Below, in pieces: positions 9,960-18,990 of a stretch of 64,000 nt of DNA (the stretch's first letter is position 1; every line of letters begins with the position of its first letter). Origin of the DNA: Planctomycetota bacterium (lineage in GTDB: Bacteria > Planctomycetota > GCA-002687715 > CAIWVZ01); the NCBI GenBank assembly GCA_044222185.1, contig JBGANV010000002.1:704001-768000 (forward strand), read 5' to 3'. Both the position numbers and the translations under genes were made by a program. The notes under the pieces are model-generated. The model was not told the origin of the DNA and did no database searches. It saw nothing but the letters and a program-made list of their open reading frames with translations.

Positions 9960-11057
9960 TTGAACGACCCCATGCGCTGGAGCAGTCAATGGAAGACCTG
10001 GCTTCTGAGTGCCGCGTTCTGGCTCGGCATCGGGACCGTGTTCTGCGTCCAGAACTACTACGCGTTCGACGAGGTCCGTGCCCGATCGCTGTCGCGACTG
10101 GCCTACGACACGCTGATGACGTGGTTGCCCGTCGCGCTTCTCACGCCGCCCGTGTTCGATCTCTGCACTCTGTTCCCGCTCGGAATCGCACGGCGTCGCA
10201 ACCTGATTGTCATGGTGGCAGGAGGTCTCGCGTTCGTTCTCCTTCATCCGTTGTTGCGGCTGGGGCTGTCGAACGTCTTCGACTTCGAGCCGGGCTCCCT
10301 TTCTGAATACCCGACGTCGGTTGCCAGCAACTGGTCCTTCCTGCTGTTCCGCTATGGAACGATCCTGGGCGTCGCCCAGGCCGTCGCCTACGGGCGGAGT
10401 TTGCGCGAGCGGGACCGCGAGGCCGCGGAATTGCGTCGGGAGGTGGTGGAGGCCCAACTCGCTGCGTTGAAGATGCAACTCCAGCCCCATTTCCTGTTCA
10501 ACACGCTCCAGGCGATCAGCGTCTTCGCCCGCCGCGATCCCGACGAGGCCGCGCGAATGATCGCTCTTCTCGGAGACTTGCTCCGGCGCACCCTCGACGA
10601 CCGTAGTCGTCAGGTGGTCCCATTACGTGAAGAGTTGGATTTCCTGCGGATCTACCTGGAGATCCAGCGGGTGCGGTTCCAGGACCGCATGAAGGTCGAC
10701 TTCGCCGTCGCGGACGACACGCTCGACTGCCTCGTGCCCAACCTCGTTCTCCAGCCCCTCGCGGAGAATGCCGTCCGGCATGGGATCGAGTCTCGCGCGG
10801 GCGTCGGAACGATCGAGATCCGGGCCGAGAGATCCGGCGAATGGCTGACCCTCGGCGTCATCGACGACGGCGAAGGCGTCAAGAACTCATCGAACACGTT
10901 CGCGCGCGAAGGTGTGGGCCTTGGCAACACGCGCGAACGGTTAAGGAAGCTGTACGGCGATGCACAGGAGCTGAAACTCACGCCCTCCCCGACGGGCGGT
11001 GTTGCGGCGACGGTGCGTCTGAAAGTGGCCGTCGGCATGGCGGAGCAAGGGTCATGA
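9960..11057 (+). CDS. LytS/YehU-family membrane sensor histidine kinase
   Basis: N-terminal TM segments; EAQLAALKMQLQPHFLFNTL, LQPLAENAVRHG, DDGEG, GVGLGNTRERL. TTG start after GGAGGA (ATG 9972 is an alternative). Confidence 0.93.
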   Translation: MNDPMRWSSQWKTWLLSAAFWLGIGTVFCVQNYYAFDEVRARSLSRLAYDTLMTWLPVALLTPPVFDLCTLFPLGIARRRNLIVMVAGGLAFVLLHPLLRLGLSNVFDFEPGSLSEYPTSVASNWSFLLFRYGTILGVAQAVAYGRSLRERDREAAELRREVVEAQLAALKMQLQPHFLFNTLQAISVFARRDPDEAARMIALLGDLLRRTLDDRSRQVVPLREELDFLRIYLEIQRVRFQDRMKVDFAVADDTLDCLVPNLVLQPLAENAVRHGIESRAGVGTIEIRAERSGEWLTLGVIDDGEGVKNSSNTFAREGVGLGNTRERLRKLYGDAQELKLTPSPTGGVAATVRLKVAVGMAEQGS

Positions 11058-11839
11058 TCAACGACAAGAAGCCGATTGATGTGTTGGTGGCGGACGACGA
11101 ACCTGCCGTCCGTCAGGGCATCCGAGAGTTTCTCTCGGAGGAGGCCGGGATCGGGGCGGTGCACGAGGCGACGGACGGAGCGCGGGCGGCGGAGACGATC
11201 CGCACGGTCCGACCCGAACTCGTGTTTCTCGACGTGCAGATGCCCGCGATGTCGGGATTCGACGTACTCGCGCAGTTGCCCGAGCGCGAGTTGCCCACGG
11301 TCGTGTTCGTCACGGCCTACGAGCAGTACGCGCTGAAGGCATTCGACGCGCACGCCGTCGACTACCTGCTGAAGCCCTTCGATCGCCAGCGTTTCCACGT
11401 GGCGTTCGAGCGCGCGCAGCGGCAGGTCGCGTTCCGGCGCCGGGGCGAGAGCGGCGACGTGGCGCTCGCGGGCCTGCTCTCCCAGGTGCGCATGCGCGGG
11501 AAGGCGGCCGAGCGGTTCGTCGTCAAGGAGCAGGAGCGCATCCTCCTCGTTCCCGTCAACGACATCGAGTGGATCGAGGCCTCGGGCAACTACGTCCATC
11601 TCCACCACCGCCGCGGCATGCACCTCGTGCGTGACACGCTCACGCATGTCGAGCAGACGCTCGACCCGCACGAGTTCGTGCGGATCCACCGCTCCGCCAT
11701 CGTCCGCATCAGCTCCGTGAGCGAACTCGAGCGACAATCATCCGGCGATTTCCTCGTTCGCCTCTCGAGCGGCCGCGAGCTCACGCTCAGCCGCAATTTC
11801 CGGCGGGCGTTCGAAGATCGGATCGGCCGGGCGCTCTAG
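11054..11839 (+). CDS. LytTR-family response regulator
   Basis: VADDE, FLDVQMP, FVTAY, DYLLKPF, FVRIHRSAIV; ATGA overlap with the kinase stop. Confidence 0.95.
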   Translation: MINDKKPIDVLVADDEPAVRQGIREFLSEEAGIGAVHEATDGARAAETIRTVRPELVFLDVQMPAMSGFDVLAQLPERELPTVVFVTAYEQYALKAFDAHAVDYLLKPFDRQRFHVAFERAQRQVAFRRRGESGDVALAGLLSQVRMRGKAAERFVVKEQERILLVPVNDIEWIEASGNYVHLHHRRGMHLVRDTLTHVEQTLDPHEFVRIHRSAIVRISSVSELERQSSGDFLVRLSSGRELTLSRNFRRAFEDRIGRAL

Positions 11840-11907
11840 ACTCCGCCCGAATACCGTCGGGGACACGAACGCCTCACGATCCAGGGACCTGGGCTCATGG
11901 CATGAAT

Positions 11908-11942
11908 TGGCGGTGACGCCCGTCGTCACCGCCAGTTTTTTT
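11908..11942 (+). terminator. Intrinsic terminator after the LytS/LytTR operon
   Basis: Perfect 11-bp stem TGGCGGTGACG / CGTCACCGCCA, 5-nt loop, then G and T7. Confidence 0.8.
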
Positions 11943-12732
11943 CCGGCGCCAGAGCGCGCCAACGCGATGTCCGCGGACGTCCTACCGCGTCCAGCTGATC
12001 AACGGGCGCGCGCGTCTCGACCGACGATACGCCGCGGCGATTTCCGGCCCGAAAGACGTTGGGGAGCCGAGGAAGCCCAGGCGGGCGACCCTCGGCATCG
12101 ACGGGTGATTCGTCGTCGAGTGCGTGCCGCACCACCGTCGACCGCGTGACGGCGCGGTGAATGCCGGCGGTTCCTCCTCGCAGGCCCCGCAGTCTCGCCT
12201 CGATCTGCACGGAGGACCCAGCGCTCAGGTGCAGACACGGTCCGGCCGGATCGGCGCAGCCTCCAACCGCCACGAATTCCGACGGCAATCCGCTCGACTC
12301 ACGGCAACGCCGAACGATCGCGTCGCGTGAGCCATAGGCGAACGTCCGGGTTGCCGCGTGTGCAAACGCGCATCGGGATTCGACGAACGACGCGGGCGCA
12401 CTCGGCCTGCCCTGGAAGGCTCGTGCGCGTGTCGGGATCGGCTGGGAGTTCGCCGGTCTGATGCACTCCTCGCCTCGCGGCTTTTTTTGTCCGGCGCCGT
12501 GTCCGGTTGCGGACCCGAGACCCAAGGATGCCCAATCCCGCGTTGGTTTGAGGGTGCGGGTTGTCCGCATCGCGGGAGAGACGTTCCCCTCACAGGGGTC
12601 CGTCGCCTGGCTGGCGGTCGAATCGAACGCGGTGTGCAAAGCGCCCGGGCCACGGAGTCGCCCGAGGATCGATCGCCGCTCCGTGGGCATCCTCGAACGT
12701 CGAGTTGGTTTCACTGCATGGAGGGTCGTTCG

Positions 12733-15700
12733 ATGTTCAGTCGATCGAATCCGGTTCGTTCTCATCAGTCGGTGTGGAGGCCTTTGTGGATCGCCGCCTT
12801 GTTGTGCCTGGCTCCATCTGCAGGTGCCCAGACGTCGGCGGTGGTGCTGAGTTCCCCCGCAGACGGAGCGCGCGTGAACGGCACGGTGATACTCCGAGCG
12901 GCTGCCACCGTTGACGTCACGTCCGTGACGTTCTCGTTCAGCGGCCCGACCGTGATTCCTCCGGTGACGGCGACGACTCGGCCGTTCTCATGGGATTGGA
13001 ATACGACAGGGTTGAGCGGCACCTACGTCGTGACCGTTGCGCCGGCCTCCGGCGCCATGCCGCCGGCGCATTCCGCCTCGATCACGGTCGATTGGGGGAT
13101 CCCGGCGAACCCACCCCAGCCGGTCGCCGGGCCGTCCGACCCGGGAACGGTCGCAATCCTCAACACGGGGCTGGAGCTGTCCCGAACGGTGGTCGCTGGC
13201 ACGGTCGTGCGCATCCCGATCCGCGCAGCGAACCCCCGCAATCGCGAGGTGACGTACTCGATGGTGCAGACCCAGGGCCCTGCGGTGGCCTGGGCGTCCA
13301 TCGATTCGGCATCGGGCGTGTTCCGGTTCGCCACCGCGAAGAACGACTCCACCGCCGGCTCATTCACGTTTGCCGTCACGGTCAAGGAGCTCACGACCTA
13401 CACGAACCCGACCTGGAGCAGTGCGACCGCGAACGTGACGGTCCAGGTGCTGCCGCGGCAGAACTCCGATGGGCCCATCATTCGCGTCATCGAGAAGAAC
13501 CAGGCCGTCAATAGCCAGCCGGACTACAAGTTCCTCACGGTGGAGGAGGCCATCGAGGTCGTGCGAGCGTTGAACTCGCAGCTGTTCGTGGATGTGGAGC
13601 GCCTGAACATGGGCGCGGCAACTCCCGACCCGACGGTCGCAAGGGCGATGGATCCGCCGGCCCCGCCGGGATTGACCGTCAATGCTCCGACGATTCTCGC
13701 GCAGACGTTCCCGACCAATGGCTTCCCTTATTACGGGTCCGGCGGCAATGCGCTCTACAAGCGCTACCGGCTGCGCCCGTTCGGCGACAACTACGCGCCC
13801 GTCACGATGGCCTCGTGCACGCTGTCCGCGACCGAGACGGTGACGGTCAACGGAACGCCCACCGTGTTCACCTCGGAGGCGGTGGTGAGGATGTCCGTGT
13901 CCAATGACTTCGAGAACCTCAACTACCAGAACCCGATGCTCGACGAGCACATCCACGTGATGACGAAGGTCAACGGCGCGAGCCTCTGGTCCACGTCGGC
14001 AGGAACCTACGGCCTTCAGCCGAAGCCGCTCATCACGATCCAAGGGACGGTCGACCTGAGCTGCGAGTTCATGAAGAACAACAATGCGCTGTTCTCCACC
14101 AGCCCCTCGGCGACGAATCGCATCCCGGACACCATTCGGGTCGAGTACAGGGCGAACGACGTCCCGATCTCGCCCGCGTGCGACCCGTTCGTCGCGTACA
14201 CCTGGGATACCACGACGCTGGCGAGCGTCCTTTCGCCGCAAGTCCCGACGGATGTGATCGCGCTGACGGCGCACGTGGTCCACGCGAGTTCGACCGACCC
14301 GAGCTTCGATGCGCGGTGGTTCGATCACCGTTGGCATCCGCGGCAGCTGTGCGTCGCGGTCGTCGGCATCGACAACGACACCTCGCGGATCCCCGCGGCA
14401 CCGTTCAGCTACGAGAGCCGGGAGACCTCCAACCGTTTCGACAGCTTCGCATACGGTGGGAACCTCCCGTCGCCGTCGGGTCTTGCTTCGACGTTCCCGA
14501 CGTCGCCGACGTTGATTCCGCCGGCCTCGAATCCGAACGACATGCTGACGGCTTCGAACTGGACGCTGGACCCCCTCGTTCAGGCGACGAACAAGCTCTA
14601 TCAGCCGGAGCCTCACCTGTATCGCTCGGTGAACGGGCACCCCGTGGCGGCCTGGCACATCATGAGCCGCCCGGGAAGCACGTCGGAGGCATCGCGGCTG
14701 ATGCACGACTACGCGGATTTCTGGGGCGGCCCGCGAGGATCGAGCTCCGTGTCACCCTACGCCACCTACATCCCGTCGCCGTGGGACAGGAGCTGGTACG
14801 CCATCGACATCAGCGGGCGCTTCTTGAAGCTCTGGGAGGACGGGAGCGTGACGACGATCGCCGGCTACGTGAATCACGTGTCTGGCAACAACCAGCCGCC
14901 GCTCCTCCCCATGTACTGGTTGTTCGAGTCGCAGATCGCGGGCCTCCCGACCTACAACGCTGCGAAGTCCTACAGGCAGAACTTCCTCGACGACTCCAAG
15001 GATCTCGTGGGGACGTTCACCGTCACGACTCCGCTCGGGACCAACAACGCGGCGGTGTTCAACACGCCCAACGACGTCGCCGCCGACCCCAATGAACTCG
15101 GAGTCTTCTACGTCGCGGATTCGGGCAACAACCGGATCGCGAAGGTCGTGCTGGGGTCGCACCTTCAGGGGGTCGTGACGACTCTGGTCGGCGACCCGGT
15201 TGGCTCCTTGGGCGCGGGACAGGTCCCGGCCGCTGGCTTTGCCGACGACCTCGACGGATCGGCCAACGGACTCGTCGCGAGCTTCAACAACCCGTATTCA
15301 CTCGCGTTCGGGCTGGATGGGAAGCTCTACGTGGCCGACAAGGGCAACAAGGCGATCCGTCGCATCGACGTCTCGACGCTCGTCGTCGATACGGTGCTTC
15401 AGACTCACGGCGGTGTCTCGCGTACGACGATCAACGCGGGATGGTCGGGTACGGCCCCGGTCATGTGGCCGACGAACTCGGCCCTCGGAGCGGGCCAGGT
15501 TCCCGTGGCATCCGCCGTGTTGGACTCGCCCACGTGCATCCGTCGAGACTCGCACGGGTACCTGGTGTTCGCGGAGGACGGGACGCGCGCCGTTCGGCGA
15601 CTGAACGTGGGCGGCGGCTGGGTCGAGACCGTTTGCTGGCTGGGCGCCAACAGCAATCCCGACTGGTTGTGGCTCGACGTCGATCGCAATCAGATGGTCG

Positions 15701-16650
15701 GACCGTTGAACGACATCCTGATCGCACAGGCCGTCGGCTTCGGATCGAACACGCGGTTCCATCGGATTCCGATGGAGGACGCGACGCGGACGCCGACCGT
15801 GTTCCTCGGCAGCGCCGGCGCGAACACGTTCCTCACCGGGCCCGCCACGGCCATCGTCGGGGACGCGAAGGGTCACTATCCGTGGGCCATCGCCATCGAC
15901 GACGAGGAGCCGAAAGTCATCACGTCCGGTTACGGGACGGTCGGCCCGATCGTCGCGCGCCGCAAGCTCAGCACGGAGCCGTCGCTCACCAACGACGTGG
16001 CGCGTTACACGAATGGCGAGTTCATGATGCGTTGGGGAACGGTTCGCGGGTTCCCGCGTCATTCGCGCCCGGCATTCGCCTCACTGCATGGGTTGACCGG
16101 TCACAGCCGCCTCGGACCGAGCGTGGTCAACTTCGACGACGTGGTGACCAGCCTCGGAACGTCGGGTGATGCGTCCATCGCGGCATTCGTCCAGGGCGAT
16201 CCGAACACGCCCGGCGACGGTGGCATGTCGGGGAGCGTGCTGCGCCCCGAGATCAGCGGTCGGGACCTCGTCGACCTGACCTACTACATCAAGCGCCAGA
16301 CGGCGCTCGGGCACACGGGACCGATAACGATCGCCCCCACCTCGTTCGAAACGAAGGCCCCGGAGATCAACAACGTCGCGATCTACCGTGTCGCCGACGC
16401 CTACTTGTCGCCCGATCCGGACCCGGCCTATGACGACCTCATCGTCACCTGGCATACGCCCGAGCCCACGGTCGGGTGCGTCGCCTTGGGGCAGATGGAG
16501 TGCGACTACCTCGGCCGCTTCTTCGACATCGAGAACCAGGCTGCCACCGTCCACTCGTCCATCGTGAGGCGCGTGAAATCGGACCGAACCTACACGATCA
16601 CGATTCTCGCGAGGGATGCGGCGGGCAACATGACGAAGCGGCGCTTCTGA
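12733..16650 (+). CDS. Large secreted protein: Ig-like/cadherin-like domains, NHL repeats, C-terminal FN3-like domain
   Basis: GGAGGG before ATG 12733; signal peptide ...LLCLAPSAGAQ; LSSPADGARVNGTV (bacterial Ig-like); NHL repeats FNTPNDVAAD...YVADSGNNRI and FNNPYSLAFGLDGKLYVADKGNKAIRRID; ends TYTITILARDAAGN. Confidence 0.8.
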   Translation: MFSRSNPVRSHQSVWRPLWIAALLCLAPSAGAQTSAVVLSSPADGARVNGTVILRAAATVDVTSVTFSFSGPTVIPPVTATTRPFSWDWNTTGLSGTYVVTVAPASGAMPPAHSASITVDWGIPANPPQPVAGPSDPGTVAILNTGLELSRTVVAGTVVRIPIRAANPRNREVTYSMVQTQGPAVAWASIDSASGVFRFATAKNDSTAGSFTFAVTVKELTTYTNPTWSSATANVTVQVLPRQNSDGPIIRVIEKNQAVNSQPDYKFLTVEEAIEVVRALNSQLFVDVERLNMGAATPDPTVARAMDPPAPPGLTVNAPTILAQTFPTNGFPYYGSGGNALYKRYRLRPFGDNYAPVTMASCTLSATETVTVNGTPTVFTSEAVVRMSVSNDFENLNYQNPMLDEHIHVMTKVNGASLWSTSAGTYGLQPKPLITIQGTVDLSCEFMKNNNALFSTSPSATNRIPDTIRVEYRANDVPISPACDPFVAYTWDTTTLASVLSPQVPTDVIALTAHVVHASSTDPSFDARWFDHRWHPRQLCVAVVGIDNDTSRIPAAPFSYESRETSNRFDSFAYGGNLPSPSGLASTFPTSPTLIPPASNPNDMLTASNWTLDPLVQATNKLYQPEPHLYRSVNGHPVAAWHIMSRPGSTSEASRLMHDYADFWGGPRGSSSVSPYATYIPSPWDRSWYAIDISGRFLKLWEDGSVTTIAGYVNHVSGNNQPPLLPMYWLFESQIAGLPTYNAAKSYRQNFLDDSKDLVGTFTVTTPLGTNNAAVFNTPNDVAADPNELGVFYVADSGNNRIAKVVLGSHLQGVVTTLVGDPVGSLGAGQVPAAGFADDLDGSANGLVASFNNPYSLAFGLDGKLYVADKGNKAIRRIDVSTLVVDTVLQTHGGVSRTTINAGWSGTAPVMWPTNSALGAGQVPVASAVLDSPTCIRRDSHGYLVFAEDGTRAVRRLNVGGGWVETVCWLGANSNPDWLWLDVDRNQMVGPLNDILIAQAVGFGSNTRFHRIPMEDATRTPTVFLGSAGANTFLTGPATAIVGDAKGHYPWAIAIDDEEPKVITSGYGTVGPIVARRKLSTEPSLTNDVARYTNGEFMMRWGTVRGFPRHSRPAFASLHGLTGHSRLGPSVVNFDDVVTSLGTSGDASIAAFVQGDPNTPGDGGMSGSVLRPEISGRDLVDLTYYIKRQTALGHTGPITIAPTSFETKAPEINNVAIYRVADAYLSPDPDPAYDDLIVTWHTPEPTVGCVALGQMECDYLGRFFDIENQAATVHSSIVRRVKSDRTYTITILARDAAGNMTKRRF

Positions 16651-16796
16651 CCGCCATTTCTGACGACGCTCGCCAGGATCCGAATCGCTTCATGCCGCCC
16701 CGGATCACGAGCCGTCACCGCCGCGGTTCAGGTTGCGACGGCGGCGCGGGCGTCGCCGGCCCGTTGCGCGGTGCGTTCCGACGCGCACGGCCGGCC

Positions 16797-18314
16797 TCAC
16801 CGCGGGCCTGCCCGTGCGACGCGGGATAGGTTCTGCTCGGCGTGTGGGCCGTCGGTTCGGACGAACACGAGGGTGGTGCCGGATGAATCGACGAATGCGG
16901 GAAGCCAGCGCTTCCCCCATTCGTCGCGTGGGAGGAACCCGGCCGGCATGACGAGGATCTCCACGTCACGCCGAGTGAACACCTCTTCACGGTGAGGGCC
17001 TTGGACCTCGTCGACCCACTCGGCGGCGAGTGCACGCCCGAAGAAGGTGACCCGGCCATCCGTCGCGGTGCGGAACCGTGGAGCGAGCTTCCACGCGAGG
17101 TATCCACCCCACTTCGGCGGATGGCCCAGGTTGCCCGCGAGTTTGGACTTCGCGAGGTAGTCCGCCGCTTCGACCGGGTAGGGCGGAATGTCCGCGGACG
17201 TCAGATACGCGGCACCGACGATGCGCGTCTGGCCGCCGATTGCGTGCAGCCGCACCATCGGCGACGCCGTCACGAGCACCGCGGCGGCGACGCCGATCGA
17301 AGGCGCAACCCAGCGGAGCCGTATTGCCGGCGCACCGTCACCGCCAACTTCGCTCGTGAAGACACGAAGTCCATGCGTCAACGGGATCACGAGCATGAAG
17401 AGGAACCGGACGGCGGTCGCTGCCAGGAGTGCCGCGGCCAGCGGACACGCCCAACCCAGGACAACCTCGCACCGTTCCCGGGTCGTCGCGGCTCTCCGGA
17501 GGTCGAACGCCAGCGCGGCGATCGACGACATCGTGATGGCGCCGACGACGACCCACTCCACGCGGAATTCGGCGAACGGCCGCTCCCACAGCCGCTGCCA
17601 CTCCGGGATCAGCGGACGAAGCGGCGTCGTATCGGACGTGAAGGCGAGGAGGCCCCGGGGGCCGTCGAAGGAGAGGCACAGTCCGGCGACGACGCAGATC
17701 GCGGCGCCGAGGCGGCGCAGGAGCGCGCGCCGATCGAGCGTCGGCGCATGGGCGAGAGCCAGGATCCCCCCAGCCAAGGCACCGGGGTGGAGATTCACCC
17801 AGACGGACGCCAGCGCAAACAGCGACGCGAATCGTCGCGGACTCGGATCCCGGTCGACCCCGTCGAGCTGCCGGACCAGCACGGGAACGAGGGCGAGTGT
17901 GAACAGGTCCGGTCGCAGGCGGAAACGGGCCTCGGCCAGCGCCGCGAACGCAGCGACGGCGAGGGATGCCGCCGCGAGGCTGCCGGTGCGATCGCGGGCC
18001 CACCGCCACAACGCGCCAGCGCCCAGGGCCAGTACCAACCCGGCGAGAACGCGAATCGCCACCATCCCCCCGAAGCGGTACGCGATGGCGAAGATCGCAT
18101 CCGACAGCCAGGCCTGCCGATCGGGCGCGTGGTCGACGGGCAGATGCGTGAACGGGTCGGCCGCGGGGAATCCGCCCGTCTGGACCAGGCCCTGGCCCTG
18201 GGCCAGGTGCCAATGGAAGTCCATGTCGACCGTGGAAGTCGAGCCCAGGGCGAAGGCGCCCACCAGTACGGTCCACGCGAGCGTGCGGGCGAGCGGCGTG
18301 GAGGGCATTGCCAT
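16797..18314 (-). CDS. Polytopic membrane protein, probable GT-C fold glycosyltransferase
   Basis: DMDFHWHLAQG...DPFTH...WLSD after the first TM helix; RLRPDLF, WVNLHPG, IPEW, WGGYLAW, DGR motifs; many TM segments. Confidence 0.65.
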   Translation of the reverse strand: MAMPSTPLARTLAWTVLVGAFALGSTSTVDMDFHWHLAQGQGLVQTGGFPAADPFTHLPVDHAPDRQAWLSDAIFAIAYRFGGMVAIRVLAGLVLALGAGALWRWARDRTGSLAAASLAVAAFAALAEARFRLRPDLFTLALVPVLVRQLDGVDRDPSPRRFASLFALASVWVNLHPGALAGGILALAHAPTLDRRALLRRLGAAICVVAGLCLSFDGPRGLLAFTSDTTPLRPLIPEWQRLWERPFAEFRVEWVVVGAITMSSIAALAFDLRRAATTRERCEVVLGWACPLAAALLAATAVRFLFMLVIPLTHGLRVFTSEVGGDGAPAIRLRWVAPSIGVAAAVLVTASPMVRLHAIGGQTRIVGAAYLTSADIPPYPVEAADYLAKSKLAGNLGHPPKWGGYLAWKLAPRFRTATDGRVTFFGRALAAEWVDEVQGPHREEVFTRRDVEILVMPAGFLPRDEWGKRWLPAFVDSSGTTLVFVRTDGPHAEQNLSRVARAGPR

Positions 18315-18320
18315 GGCGGG

Positions 18321-18326
18321 AGCCTA
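18321..18326 (-). promoter_or_regulatory. Putative -10 box of a leaderless transcript
   Basis: TAGGCT 6 nt before ATG 18314; no SD sequence. Confidence 0.4.
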
Positions 18327-18648
18327 CGAAACCCCTACCCATGGCTCAGGGCGCGGGCCATGGCGAGCGCCTGGATCGGACGACGCCGGGTGAGGCGGGG
18401 TGTCCGCCCAGCTTGCCGCATGTTTGGCACACGGATATAGTCCGCCGAACTTGACGGAAGTCCGTCCGTGTGACGGCCGCGCGTCGCGTCCTGCGACGCC
18501 TGCTTCAAGAAGATCTGCGGCCGATCGCTGGAAGACTGATTCCCCCGGACTGGTGTTGCGGCATTGCGCCCTTCCACTGGCTGGCGGGAGGACAGGTTTC
18601 GGTAGCCGTAAGCCCTTGCGGGCCCGGCGCAACGGAAAGGAAGTTGCT

Positions 18649-18918
18649 GTGAAGGTTACGAAGGAACGCAAAGTCCAGGTCGTCACTGAAAACCGCACCC
18701 ACGACCGCGACACGGGGTCGCCGGAAGTGCAGGTCGCGTTGATCACGGAGCGGATCCGCCACCTGACGGAGCATCTCAAGGGCCACGTGAAGGATCACGC
18801 CTCACGCCGCGGCCTCCTCATGCTCGTCGGCAAGCGCACCAAGCTCCTCAAGTACCTGCGGGCCGTGAGCCCGTCCCGGTACAGCGCGGTCGTCGAGCGC
18901 CACGGTCTCCGCCGCTGA
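18649..18918 (+). CDS. rpsO: 30S ribosomal protein S15
   Basis: GTG start, 89 aa; DTGSPEVQVALITERIRHLTEHL...KDHASRRGLLMLVGKR; directly upstream of pnp. Confidence 0.98.
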   Translation: MKVTKERKVQVVTENRTHDRDTGSPEVQVALITERIRHLTEHLKGHVKDHASRRGLLMLVGKRTKLLKYLRAVSPSRYSAVVERHGLRR

Positions 18919-18990
18919 TGCGCGCGAGCTGCCCAAGTCCGGTTTCGCCACACGCGCCGGTCGGCCGCCGCCACTCCATTCAGGTGAATC

